DNA of 63,991 bases, the filler included, from Streblomastix strix (Eukaryota): assembly GCA_008636045.1 (NCBI GenBank). It is 3 parts of 3 records of this genome, joined end to end, with 100 filler letters (N's around TTAATTAATTAA, not from the genome) between each part and the next. Parts side by side here need not be neighbours in the genome. Positions count along the whole stretch, not along the records: positions 44,056 to 63,991 come from SNRW01000472.1; 2 more parts are not named here. One strand, written 5' to 3'. The number at the start of each line of letters is the position of its first letter. The stretch's first letter is position 1. The translations under genes and the position numbers were made by a program. Of the stretch, positions 51,701 through 63,991 are shown piece by piece. Below the pieces are notes generated by a model. It worked only from the letters and a program-made list of their open reading frames with translations. It was not told the DNA's origin and did no database searches.

Positions 51701-54700
51701 ATTGCTTTTACTACTTAAATAAAGAGGAAACTTAATCGAAACAAAATAAAGAAAGATATTCCAGCCCAATTAATTCAATCTTAACCATTTATTACTTTGA
51801 ATGAAGCCAAATTCATATTTGATTTTATTGAGAGAATCTTCAAAAATAGATAAATATAATTAAAAGGAATAAACCAAAATTAAATAATGAATTAAAGAAT
51901 AAATTAAAAATCTCCATTAGATTTGAATTCTTTATTGAATTTAATTTCTTCTTAAATACCACCACAATCTTAAGATATTAATCCTCTTCGTCTTCCATTT
52001 GTACTTGCTCTTCTAATTAAGAATGAAAACACACTTCCTGAAAGAGAGATTGATTTAACATCATAAGTTGGATAATTAATTCCTATACCTTAATAATAAA
52101 CTTCTTCTCTTCTTCCTTATTATTCACTCTGGTTAAAATAATCATTATAACTTATCAATGAAATAGATCAAAACTTATCAATTGAAATAAGAAATGTAAT
52201 TGGGATTGGTGAAATTGGATTGATGAAATACATTAATAGCAAATTCTTATATCCAATTGAGTCAATAAACTCTTAAATAGCTATTCCTTCACAAAGATCA
52301 GAAAGAATAAATTTATAATAGGCAAGTTTTGCTGATTAAATTCAACTATCAACATCAATTAGTAATGTTACCAGAGAAATTCTCTTCAAATTAACTCTTT
52401 CTTTAATTGGTAATTTCTCTGATCCTAATTAAACTGTTATTTCAAATCCTCAAAATTAAATTCTGAACGAGTTAGTGGATTATGCAACTCGTTCTCAGGA
52501 AATAGAAGATTAAAGAGATTTTTCTGAAGAAATAACAACTTTATCTTAATTGAATAAGAACCAAACTTCTTCTTTCTTTGATTATTCTCCAAAATATTAA
52601 CCTAAAGAAATTAATTAACAAATCTCGGATTAACTTAACAATCTCGATCTTGAAATCAAAAAATTTAAAAACAAATAATAAACTCAATCTCCTTACTCAG
52701 GAATTCATAATCCTAAATTTATGTGTTATATAATAAGTGCATTATAACAACTATTTATGCACAGATAATTCAGAGACAGTATGTTGACTTGGGATGGAAG
52801 AAATTGGGGAGAAAAGAAACCTCAAACAACAACAGATATTCAGCCTTCAATTAGACCATAGAGACCAACAAATACTCCAAATGGACAAAGAATTATATTA
52901 CCAGAAGAAAAATTAGAGGTTGAATAATTTACAAGATCAAAATAAGATGCACTTCGAAATGTTGATTTAAGAATTACAAATTAAGAAACATTTGAAGAAT
53001 TAAAAAATCTATTTATTGAATTGCAAAATGGTTAGAATGCAAATGGAATATCAGGATAAGATAAACAAGTTCCTACTCTTGCAAGATTCTTAGATAAATA
53101 TAGAGATATTACTGGAATGAGAATTAATGAAGATGAATAATAAGATGTAAATCTATTTTTAATGAATTTATTTGATCATCTTGAAATTCATCTTGATTGT
53201 TTAGAGATGCATAACTTCATTAGAAGATATTTCCGTTGCTTCTAAAGTGAATAATAAATATGTGTAAATGGTCATTTAGTGAATAATGCTCAAAGATCGA
53301 AGATTATTACTGTTCAAAAATCAGGAGTATCAAATCTATATGAAGCTCTTGGAGGAATGATTAGAGGTGTTCATGCAAAAGATGCAATTTGCTCAGAATG
53401 TCAAGAAAAAAGATTAGGAAACAATCCATTGATTAAAAGAACGTTACTTCAAACTCTTCCAAATACAGTTATATTCAATATTGCTAGAGTTGACTATGAT
53501 GTTAAATAAGGCAGAGCTGTGAAAGATAAATCAAAGTTTACATTCCCATATGGATTGAATTAAAAGAATAGAGATGGATAAAGAGGAGGATATTTAAATG
53601 AAGAAGACCAACTTGATGATATTTTAGATCTCACTCCATTTACAAGAGAAGCTGTACTTAAGAATGAAGCATCAGTTAATAGCAATTAAGAAAGATATTA
53701 ATCAATTAAATCGAAGATTGATAATTACAGAAAAGATAAAGAAAATGAAAGTGATATTAGAAGTTATTCAATTAAAGCTACATCATATGACAATATGGGA
53801 AGAGGAGAATAATATTACAAATTCAGACTTGTTGGAGTTGTGGTTCATTAAGGAAATGCAACTGGAGGACATTATTATTCATATATTAGAGAAAGAAATC
53901 CACCTTATCGTTGGATTAAGTTTAATGATAATAAAACTCATTATGTCATCTTCAGAAATGAAGAAAGTGAATAAGAGAAGTAGAAAGAGAGAGATAAATA
54001 AAAAGAGAAAGAGAAAGAAAGAGAAAAGCAAAAAGAAAAATAATAATAGATGGAAAGAATAGATAAAAATATAATACTTGTAGACAGTGAATCAGAAGAA
54101 GATGGAACATCTGTTAATAATTAAAAGTAATTAAATGATTAAAATGAGACTGAGAGTGATTATGAAGAAAGTGATATATATAACGAAGATTAAATTGGAT
54201 ATGGCTCATCTTCATCATCTAATTAAGATTAAGATTTCAAAGGATCTATTCCCATATTTAACAATTAATATGATTTAATGGAAGAAGAATTCTTTGGTGG
54301 TGACAATCCATATAATAATTTTGATGCAGGCTTATTGGGTGGATAATAATACAATCAAGAATTCAGAAGAGAAATGATGGAAAGATAAAATTCAGCTAGT
54401 CTTATTATATATGAAAGGATCCAACCAATTGATGATTGGGCATTTGAACTTGGATTGATTCCTCAAAATAATTAATAATAATAAACTCCATAGGTTCAAT
54501 ATACAAGAATTCAATAAGGAGTTTTCAACTTCTCAAATTTAAATGAAATTAACTTATAATAAGATCCAGTGATTGAGAAAGCTTAAAAATAGATCTAAGA
54601 GAACTAAGGGAAGAATTAAGAGTAAATATAAATTGAAGAAAAATATTAAGGAAAAATATCTTTACTTGCTCATTCATAATATATTTTCAAACCATTTTAT

Positions 54701-57700
54701 TTCAATTTCATAGGTAAACTTGCTTTGATATTGAAAAATTTACCAGTAGAAGAATAAAATCAGATTTAATTAAGAAATAGAAGTAATAATCCATTTATTA
54801 ATATTTCTCTCACTTGGAGCAAATATTTATTCAATACATTTGCGCATTGTATATCCAATGATTAAAAGAAGATTAATTATTTCACAAAACAGATGAATGA
54901 ATTATAAGAATTATTAAAATTCAATCCAATTCTCTCATTTGAATTTATTAAATTCATTAATGCATAATTGATTGGAGATGAAGAAGAAGAATTGCAAAGA
55001 GTAAATAAGGTGAATAATAAAGGTTCATAATAATCCTGTTGTAAATCTATTGCAAGGTAGTTTATATTCCACTCTCCTTACGAAATAATATATGATTAAT
55101 TTGCTTTAACAATCTAATCTGCATTTCTTTCAATCATATCTCCTTCATCTTCTGTTGAATCTGGGTAATCTGGAGGAAGAATATCAACACTATAATAATA
55201 TTAATTACCTCAAAATTAAATTATAGACATTAATGCCAATCTTCTCAGATTCTTTATTTGTTTATTCAATTCAATCACTATTGAATTGTGGAATTGCATA
55301 AATTAGATTGAAATATCAAAATAATAACAAAATATTAGAATTGATTATTAAAAATAGGAATAAATGAAAAAGGATAAAATTTTAGGTTTACACAGAATAT
55401 TCCAGCTTTTACAGAATTTGTTGGAAATTGATGAGAAAATTACTGAAGGAAGAAAAATCACAGTTGCAAGTTTAATTCATGCATCTGCTTTTCCTCAACG
55501 TTGTCTTGATCTTCTTTGTTCTTCATATCAGAGAGAATAAGCCCTGAAATAAATATAAATTCCAAATTCCGTTCCATTTGGATGGACAATTTAAAAAGAA
55601 AAGGAAAATCTTACTATGATTAATATGAATAATGGAATTTAAACAATACTAGAAGATTAATAGTTTAATTAATTGGGTTTATCAAATCAGTAAACTTCAT
55701 CCTATTCTTAACCGATTCAGATGAAATAAGGTGAATAAATTGATATCGTTGCTGATATTTTATCAACACTCGTTAAATGTGTTTGTCTAAAAGATGGAAC
55801 TTTTAAATAAAGCAAAGGCACTAATAGTCCAGTGAAATACCTTCGAGTGAGAGATAATCTTGATTTGTTGGGAATTCCAAATGATTTTTAGATTTTTAAC
55901 ACACCATTATTATCACACTCTTCATCATAAACTCCTTCAAATCAAGAAATAACAACTTTCAATACAACATTAGAGAAGAAGGAATATGATATTTTACCTA
56001 TTAAATTGTTGAAAGACATTTTTAGTGATAAAATTGGAAGAAATGCAGCTTTAAGAAATAAAATGGATATGTTCAGAAAATATTTTAATGAAGCTGAAGA
56101 TGCAATATAGAAAGGAAATTATCCTAAGCCTTAAAAACCAACAGGATAAAGTTCATCTATTTCATTTTCTTATTCATAGTCTTAGAATCCTATTCAATTA
56201 TCTTCAACTACAAATAATATAAGATCTTCACAAAATTAAATATAGCAACCTTCTATTCCTTCTTAAATTGGAAATAAAGATATTCCTCAAAATCCAAAAG
56301 TTGATCAATCTTCTTCTTTATCTTCTTCTTCGACTATGAATAAATATGCATAGTTTTAACCTTAAGTTTAACCATCATAAGTTATTTAATAATAAGATAG
56401 TAATATCTAAATTAATGCAATTGATGATTAAGAGAAGAATTTTGTTGAGCCATTCCCTCAAAATGGGAGATATAAGAGAGAAAATAAACTTAAAATGATT
56501 GATGATTTAACAAATAAAATATGGATTATAAAAAATCCAGTTGAAATTTAATAATAAGTTGGTGAATTCTTGGATATTATTGTTACTTTGGAATTAGAAC
56601 AAAAATAAAATCAATCTAAATAATAAGAATCAAATTCTACTAACATATTATCTGAACTACTTGGAACAATATATACTCGATATGAATAGCAAAAATCAAC
56701 TGCATAATAATATGCATAGATTATCCTGAGTCAATTAAAAGCATGCGCATTGATTCATCCGTCAATAGCTAATCTCATTTGTGGAAATAATCAAATTTCG
56801 GGTTTTAAAGATAGACAAAGATTAGTTAATAAAATATTTGATATTCTTATTACGCTTCCAACTCGAGATCTTCGTGAATCAGTTGCTTAAATTATACGTG
56901 TTGCTGTGTTGAAGAAAGGAGAAAGAGAATAAATAGCGCTACAAACTAGAATGAATTTATTAGAAGTTTAATAAAATTTCTGGAAAGAAGCAAAACCAAC
57001 ACAAATCATATAATAATCTGATATTTATTTCACATATTCATCTCCATTCTCATTAATTCCTGATTCTCCTGTTCTTTCTCCTTTCTCATAATTATCTTCT
57101 TAACCAGTTGGATAAAATTCATAATCTTAAGATTAATCAAATGAATTTAATGAAGCCAGAAGAGTTGCATTTCTTCTTTCTTGTCAATAATTTATTTCAT
57201 CTCAGATTGATTCTCAATTAGCAATTATATAAGATGCTTAAAAAAGAAAACAAAATGTTGATACAATAATTTAAGCTAATTCATTTGATTCAATCTTTTC
57301 ATTATTTGCATTCCTTCTATAACATGATCCATAAACAGCATTTAATAATAGAATAATATAAAGAGAATAATAAGATTAAGTTGATGAAAGAGAAAGATGT
57401 ATTTTTGGATCAGAAAGAGAAGGAAAGATTGGAGTTCCTTTATTCTGTGATATTGACATTCTTTAAGCATAAATAGGTCCATTATAAGGAATTATATCAA
57501 AATTAATCAAGTTACTTCTATTATATCTTCAATAAGATTAAATTAAACAAAATGAAACTAAGAAATTGAGTCCAATAGAATATAATTCAAATATATTAGC
57601 TATTTCAAGACTAATTCTAATGATAACTCACACTAACATACAAATGGCATAAACAATCTCTCGTGAATTATTAACAAATTCAATACCATCTATTACTAAG

Positions 57701-60271
57701 AGGGGAGTAAATCTAACTATCTTTGACTTTATCATCAGTAAAATCTAATTCTTCTTTAGTCTTTCAACAATTGATATAAATAAAGATAATTCTGCTTATG
57801 AAGATATTCTTATCTCATAACTCCTTTAAATCTTATTAATTTGCAGTATAGCAAATGAAGAAATAATTAAATAACCTTTTATTCCAAAATTAACTGAAAT
57901 ATTCATTCAAAAATTGATTATCTCAACAACTCTTCCTTCTTCTGCACATATTGCTCTTCTTATAATCAAACATTTTATTTCTTCCAGTTTTGCCACGAAC
58001 AATGAATAAATTCTCCAAATTATTATAAAAAGTACATTTGAATAAGATAATAAATTTAAACCAGTATTAAGAGGTTTTGAGTCATTATCAATGAGAATAT
58101 TGGAAGAAATATTCATTCCTTCTCCTCCTTTCATTATTGAACGCGAATCTTCTCATGGTTAAAGCAATGATTAGAATGCTAGTTTTATTCCTTCTTTAAA
58201 TGGAACTGTAATTCTCTTCACAAAACCATTCAATACACTCAATCTTCAAAGTAATGATAAATATCGACCTTAACTCCATATAAACATAAATGAATAAATT
58301 GCATAATAATTAAAACCTCTTCATCTAAATATTATTAAACTTATTCTATCAAATGAAGTATTATTGAAGGATGTGATTGATCTGTTTACTAAATTCTTAG
58401 TTAATGATAATGATTATTCAAGGAGGACAAATGTTGATGATACAATTCTTGAATCAACTTTCTAATCATTCAACTTCTTTGTTGTCTCATATATTGAATT
58501 TCTTAATAGGAACCCCAAAGAAAAAAAATCAAATGAAGGTTTAATGAATAAATTATTCAAAATGACTCTTCTCCTCACCACACCCAAATATACATTAAAG
58601 ATCAGATCTTTCAGTCTACATCTTGTTTGTAGATTAATTAAATAGATGAAATTAACAACAATTGATACAATTTCTCTTCTTTAAGATCTTCTGAAATCAA
58701 TCAACACATTTTATAGTTCTCCAGATATTCGAAGCCAAATTGATACAACATTTTCTCTTTGCAATCCAATTCAACAATAACAGAATTAATCTACTTAAGG
58801 ATAAATTAATGATAATTAAGAAATAATAATTGTATTTGGTTAAGGATTTATAGAACTCAGTCTCATATGTCTTGAATTAAACTCTAAGATCTTATAAGAT
58901 GCTGATATTGCTTTGAAATAACAAAGAAGATCAAGTGAATAATAGGATCTTCTAAAAGCACTGGATGATAACAAAGAAATGAAGAATGAATTGATCTCAC
59001 ATATATCAAACACTACCAGACTTTCAAATATTCAATAATCACCTAATATTGGAGTAATTGTACATCGTCATCGTGTTGCAAGTCTTCTTGAAATGATTCT
59101 CTTCTTTATTGCTCGTAATTCTGACATTCCTGCTCCATTTATATTGAATAATATTCTTCCAGATTTTAATAACAGAGTAATGAGTGTCTTTATAAATCCA
59201 TAAATGACCAAATAATCTTATATTGAAAATATTATTCCACTTCTTCAACATGTTTCTATTGAAGATAACCATGACAGAACTAATCAATAAAAACTTCAAT
59301 AAATAAATGAAATTGTTGGAATCATTAGAAATTCATAAGATTCCCTCAGTTTAGCTTCATCTTAAATTGGATATTAATCAGTTACATTATTCTTTCCAGC
59401 TTTTCTATTCCACTCATTAATTAAATAACCAGAATTAATTGTTAATTAATTTAGAAATGCAAGAGGAGTTGATTCAAATGAATTTGCTGGATATTATCAA
59501 ATCTCTATGCAAACTCTTTGGGAATTAATTTTGGCTCTTTTCAAATAATATCAACAGGAAGATCGATCAGAATAATTAAAGAAAGATTGTTTCAAGTATC
59601 TAATTGGAAGAATAAATATAATTTAATCCATGTTTGGAAATCTCCAATAATTTGCATAAGTTATAATAAGCTCCAATTAGCAAAAATAAGTTTAATAAAT
59701 GAACGAAATAATATTATCACAAATTGGTAAGTCTGAACTTGGATAACAAATCAATGATTCATCCAATGTTCTTCTTGAACTAATAAGGATCTTATCAAAT
59801 CAAACTTCAATCACTCCAATCCCTTAATCAAAACCTAAATCTCCAGATCCTTAACCATCTAATTAAAATCAATATTATTCAAGTATCCCCAAACCATAAT
59901 CCAAATCTCCAGCATCTTCTCCACCCATTCAATCCACATCACTTTCTCAATCAAATTCAAAAGGAAAAATAGTTATAGCACCTCCACCATAACCAAAAAA
60001 TATTAATTAATCATAAAAACCATAAGCTCCTTCATCTATTAATGTGAATTTGAATGTAGGCAATGAAGACATTGAATAAGTCAAAGTTTACGCAATATAT
60101 ATTCTTGATAAATTAAAAAAAGGAGAAGTTTTAGAACAAAAACATTTTACCTGGATATTCAAACTGTGCCCAGATAAAGCAGCTGAGTTTAATCAAAAGA
60201 ATCAAAATGAAAAGATTATTCTCCTGGGAGGAATTCTCAATGCAATTATCCAGAAAACAGGGGGACAGTGA
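45743..60271 (+). CDS. Giant ubiquitin-specific protease (peptidase C19; USP9/24/34-like size and layout)
   Basis: Cys box YSGIHNPKFMCYIISALQQLF (~52693-52757), EQQDVNLF, and His box FRLVGVVVHQGNATGGHYYSYIRE...WIKFND (~53820-53930). A few 5' introns precede one ~13.4-kb exon (~46859-60271) that is open only with TAA/TAG=Gln. Start ATG 45743 is tentative. Confidence 0.88.
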
Positions 60272-60800
60272 AAAATGCTTTAGGGAGCTTGTTGGTTGAT
60301 CAGCTAGGCTTTAATAAATATAATAATAATTAGTACTAATTTTATAAATTATTTTAATATTTATTGTAATGATTAAATGTAGTTGTAGAAAGAAAATTAC
60401 AAGTGAATCCAATTTTTGCAGCTCAAATATTGACGTCCGTAAACTATATTATTGCTTTAAAATTTCAAAACATGTTTTATAAATATATTTTATTATGAGA
60501 GAAACTCAGCATTATTTTTAAAAACATCTATTTAGAAAGATAATCCTACACCAACTTTCCACAATTAATTATCATTGTTTTTGTATATTATTAGCTAGAA
60601 AACTAATTATTTAATAATTTCACATTATTATTTAGCAAATGTACGATCTATTTAATCACAAAATTCAGCATCAGACAAATTATGAACAAAAAATATAAAA
60701 ATGTTCATCTTAGCTCTACCAATACATTATTAAACTAATATTCAACCTTAAAAACTTTTATAATTGTTGTTTACATTTATTTCATACCCTTTGCAGCAAT

Positions 60801-62070
60801 ATGAGTGCAATCATATGTGAGGGACGAACCTGCGAAAACTGTAAGTAAATAATAGAGTCAAATTTTGATGCTCATGAAATCTTCTGCAGACGGAATATCA
60901 CACTTTGTCTAAAATGTAACGAACTTGTTTAGAAGAGAGCTTTCGATGAGCATGATAGAGAAGTACATAAATTAGTTAAATGTGAGAAATGTGATATAGA
61001 TATTGATCAATATTTCATCGACTAACACAGCACTGATGAATGTGCGTTGCGTATTGTTGGTTTATGTCCATATTGTAAAATTGAACTAATTCCAAGCACT
61101 TTATATTGTATGTGATATTGAAACTCACTTATATTTCATTGATCATTATTCAATAACTATTTTTTAGCTCATCAAGAAGAGTGTGGTGCAAGAACTGATG
61201 AATGTTAAATATGTGGAGCTCGTATTCGTAATCGAGGTTTATTTTATTTCCATTTTCATTTCTTTTTATATATTTTTTTCTTGAAATTTAGATATGGAAA
61301 ATCATATTTTATCAAATTGCGAAGACCTCACTTTGAAATAATAACAATAAGATTAAGGATATAATGATATGGAATTCTTCAATCAACCTTCATCTTTTTT
61401 TCCTGAGCAAGGAATGAACTGGGAATTGTCAAATGAAAATTTGAATAATCAATAATTAATTTATGGAATGAATTAGAAAGTTAGATAAAAGAAAATACCA
61501 TTTCAATCAACACCTGGATATCGCCTTGGTTCAGATATTAATGAAGATTAATTTAATGAAGGAGGATAAAAATAAGATTATTCTAAAGATTTATAATCTA
61601 ATTGGGAAATAAATCAACAGAAAGAGAAAATAAAAGCTGATGAACGATTTAATCAACTTGTAGCAAAGTAAAAATAAAAGATTGATAGTCAGAAATCTTA
61701 ACTTGATTTTAGTAATAATGATTATGTTTTAGAAACTGCAGATGTTAGAAAGAATATTGGTAAGAGTCATGGAAGTATTTCTAATCCTCGTTCAAGGGGA
61801 AGAGGAGCAAAAATATCTCCTTCAAAAGCTCCCAATGCTAGAGGACGTGGACGAGGATAGACTTCATAAAAACACTCAGCTATTACCAATAATTCGGGTA
61901 TTAATAATCATATTATTGCTGGATTTGGACCTTTGGGTGAGATTGAGTAGATAAACAAAGCAAAAGAAAAGGAAGTTGATAAGAAACCAAATATTTTTAA
62001 AGGGCGAGGGCATAAAGTAGGTTCAAACAAATTATCTAATTCTCCACTTCACCCTCCAAAGAAACGATGA
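60801..62070 (+). CDS. TRAF-type zinc-finger protein (XAF1/TRAFD1-like) with C-terminal SHP-box-like motif
   Basis: CENC...HEIFCRRNITLCLKC...H, CEKC...H...C, CPYC, HQEECGARTDECQIC. Two introns (~61088-61147, ~61237-61291). C-terminal FQGRGHKVG. TGA at 62068-62070. Confidence 0.82.
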
Positions 62071-62434
62071 ATATATTTTTGATTGTTATATAAAATCAAA
62101 AGGAAAAGATTGAATAACAATAAAAAAAACACTTCATTGAAGAGGAAATCTAATATTTTTTATTTATTTTTTCATGAATTGTAAAAATTTGTCAAATCTG
62201 ATGTATATTCAAATAAAATCATCTTTTATAGCATGAAAACACGTTTTTAATAATTTTCTCAAACATATATTTAGAAATATTTTTGATTATAATAGAAATC
62301 GTTTATTTATTATTTATTTCTGAATTTCTTGCTTTTATACTTATTGTTCACTCTAAATTCTTAACTAACAATCATTATTTTATACTTTTGTCTTTTTTTA
62401 GACAATATTTATTCTAATTATTATTTATTGTGTA

Positions 62435-63991
62435 ATGACTGAGCATATTTTGGATGAAGATGAGAATGTAATCAAAATTGCAGATAATTCTATTGTATGT
62501 ATATTTTTTTCTTTATATTAGTATTTAATTTGTTAATGCGTTAATATTTATTATAATTTTATATTTTTAAAGGCAATATTCAATAATTATGTGCTATAAT
62601 TTATGAACAGTTTAAAATTTTAAATAATTTTTATTGCTGCACTTATTATCTCCCTAATGCTGCTATTATTTGGGAGAAAGAAACTGAAGAAAATATGCGC
62701 ATTATTTAAAATATAGAATTATCTTCACAATAAGCAAAATTATTATACAATCAGGGAAGCTCTGCAATCATGTGAAAGCTGCTATGATAACTTTGGAAAA
62801 GAATTTGATAAAAGAATGATAATTAATTATTTCATGCAAATTTAAGAATTTGGAAAATATAATAAAATAATAGCATAAAATAAAGTTATATCTTATCTTT
62901 ATCCATCTCCAGGTTCTATACTCAGCTTGTATTTTAATTGTGTAAAAAAGTTTTTTTGTATAGATTGTTATTTTTTAATTATATTATTAATTTTTTTAGT
63001 TAACTAATTGAGAAATGGAAATCAATAGAGAAATCGGGAATATGCACTTTAAGCTATATAACATGACACGAATGTGGCATACAGATTATTTGTTCAGGTT
63101 CAAATAAAATTTTATTAATTTATTTATTAATGTTTTATTATATTTTATTATTTCTATATTTTGTAACATAAAGAACAAAACAAAGAGATTTTAAAAGATT
63201 TAATATGAAGATCTTAAACATAATATTCGTTTGACATAAATTTCTGATATTTTATTTGGGAGTGTGAGAAAATAAGTAGATAATTTTAATTAGATATAAA
63301 ATAGTGAAGAAAATGAAACTTTTAAACAAATTGGTTTGGAAAGATTAATGTAGAACATCAACAATAATACTGAAAACAACTAATTTAATTATAATAATTC
63401 CAAGTATTTAATTCCCTTAATTTATTAATATTCTCTTGATCTGCTAATATCATTCACTTGCGTTTAAAATACCGATGTTTTTAGATCATTAATCACGATT
63501 TTATATTCTTATGAAAAAGAAAAAGAATACACAATAGAAAAAAACGATGAAACATTTATGATTAATAATAATAAAGTAAAATAACTTAAATAAGAAGGAA
63601 AAAGAAGAAATTAATATAATGACAAAGAATAAGAAGAAAAAAACTTATTTCAAGGAACAAATTCAATTTCATTCACAAATATTTCTTTTCAAGTATCCAA
63701 TCATTTAATTTCTTAACTCAGTCTTCCTGATTCTCCTTTAAATAAAATACTCCACAAATATTTGGCTTATTCAACAAAAAGTATTCATTTTGATTTATCT
63801 TAAGAATTAGATATTACTTCAAAGAATTCTTTTCTAAATTATTATAAAAATATTTTCTTATCTATTATATTTATTTTTTATTAGTTCTTGATTATTTTGA
63901 AGATAGATACTAATATTATGAGAAATAACTAGGTTTTCTTGTTGAAAAGAGAAACAATGATGAATAATTGATGAATAAAAGGATAAATGCA
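62435..63991 (+). CDS. 5' part of a multi-exon host gene, unknown function
   Basis: ATG 62435 (MTEHILDEDENVIKIADNSI|gtatgt). Further GT-AG introns and Gln-rich exons run off the window end. Confidence 0.6.

Noticed and set aside
287..61954. Most ORFs in the supplied six-frame track
   Set aside because: They were computed with TAA/TAG as stops, so they are fragments of longer table-6 genes, intron read-throughs (e.g. poly-Leu from the TTA repeat at ~1959-1992) or antisense shadows.

Overview
AT-rich eukaryotic DNA with GT-AG introns and a non-standard code (TAA/TAG = Gln, TGA the only stop), so the supplied standard-code ORF track is mostly fragments or shadows. The code and gene style fit an oxymonad such as Streblomastix, but a ciliate cannot be excluded (inference). 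Two artificial N44-TTAATTAATTAA-N44 linkers (21943-22042, 43956-44055) split the window into three pieces that may be unrelated. Piece 1 has two intron-rich host genes, a ~10.85-kb rearranged virus-like element (9662-20511: diverged terminal inverted repeats, Prim-Pol, rve integrase, fibre, Fic, PrimPol-SF3 helicase, no visible DNA polymerase B or capsid) and a Tc1/Tc3 fragment. Piece 2 has an SH3/ARM-like host gene and a >18-kb decaying Polinton/adintovirus-like provirus (pPolB with an HNH-like insert, A32-type ATPase, putative major and minor capsid, two fibres, KilA-N, a pVI-like peptide). Piece 3 has host genes, including a ~14.5-kb USP deubiquitinase gene and a TRAF-zinc-finger gene. Top observation: all three visible element ends are 209-367-bp AGTAGT...ACTACT fold-back units, a terminal architecture I do not recognise from canonical Polintons. 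All translations and alignments were done by eye and no database searches were run.
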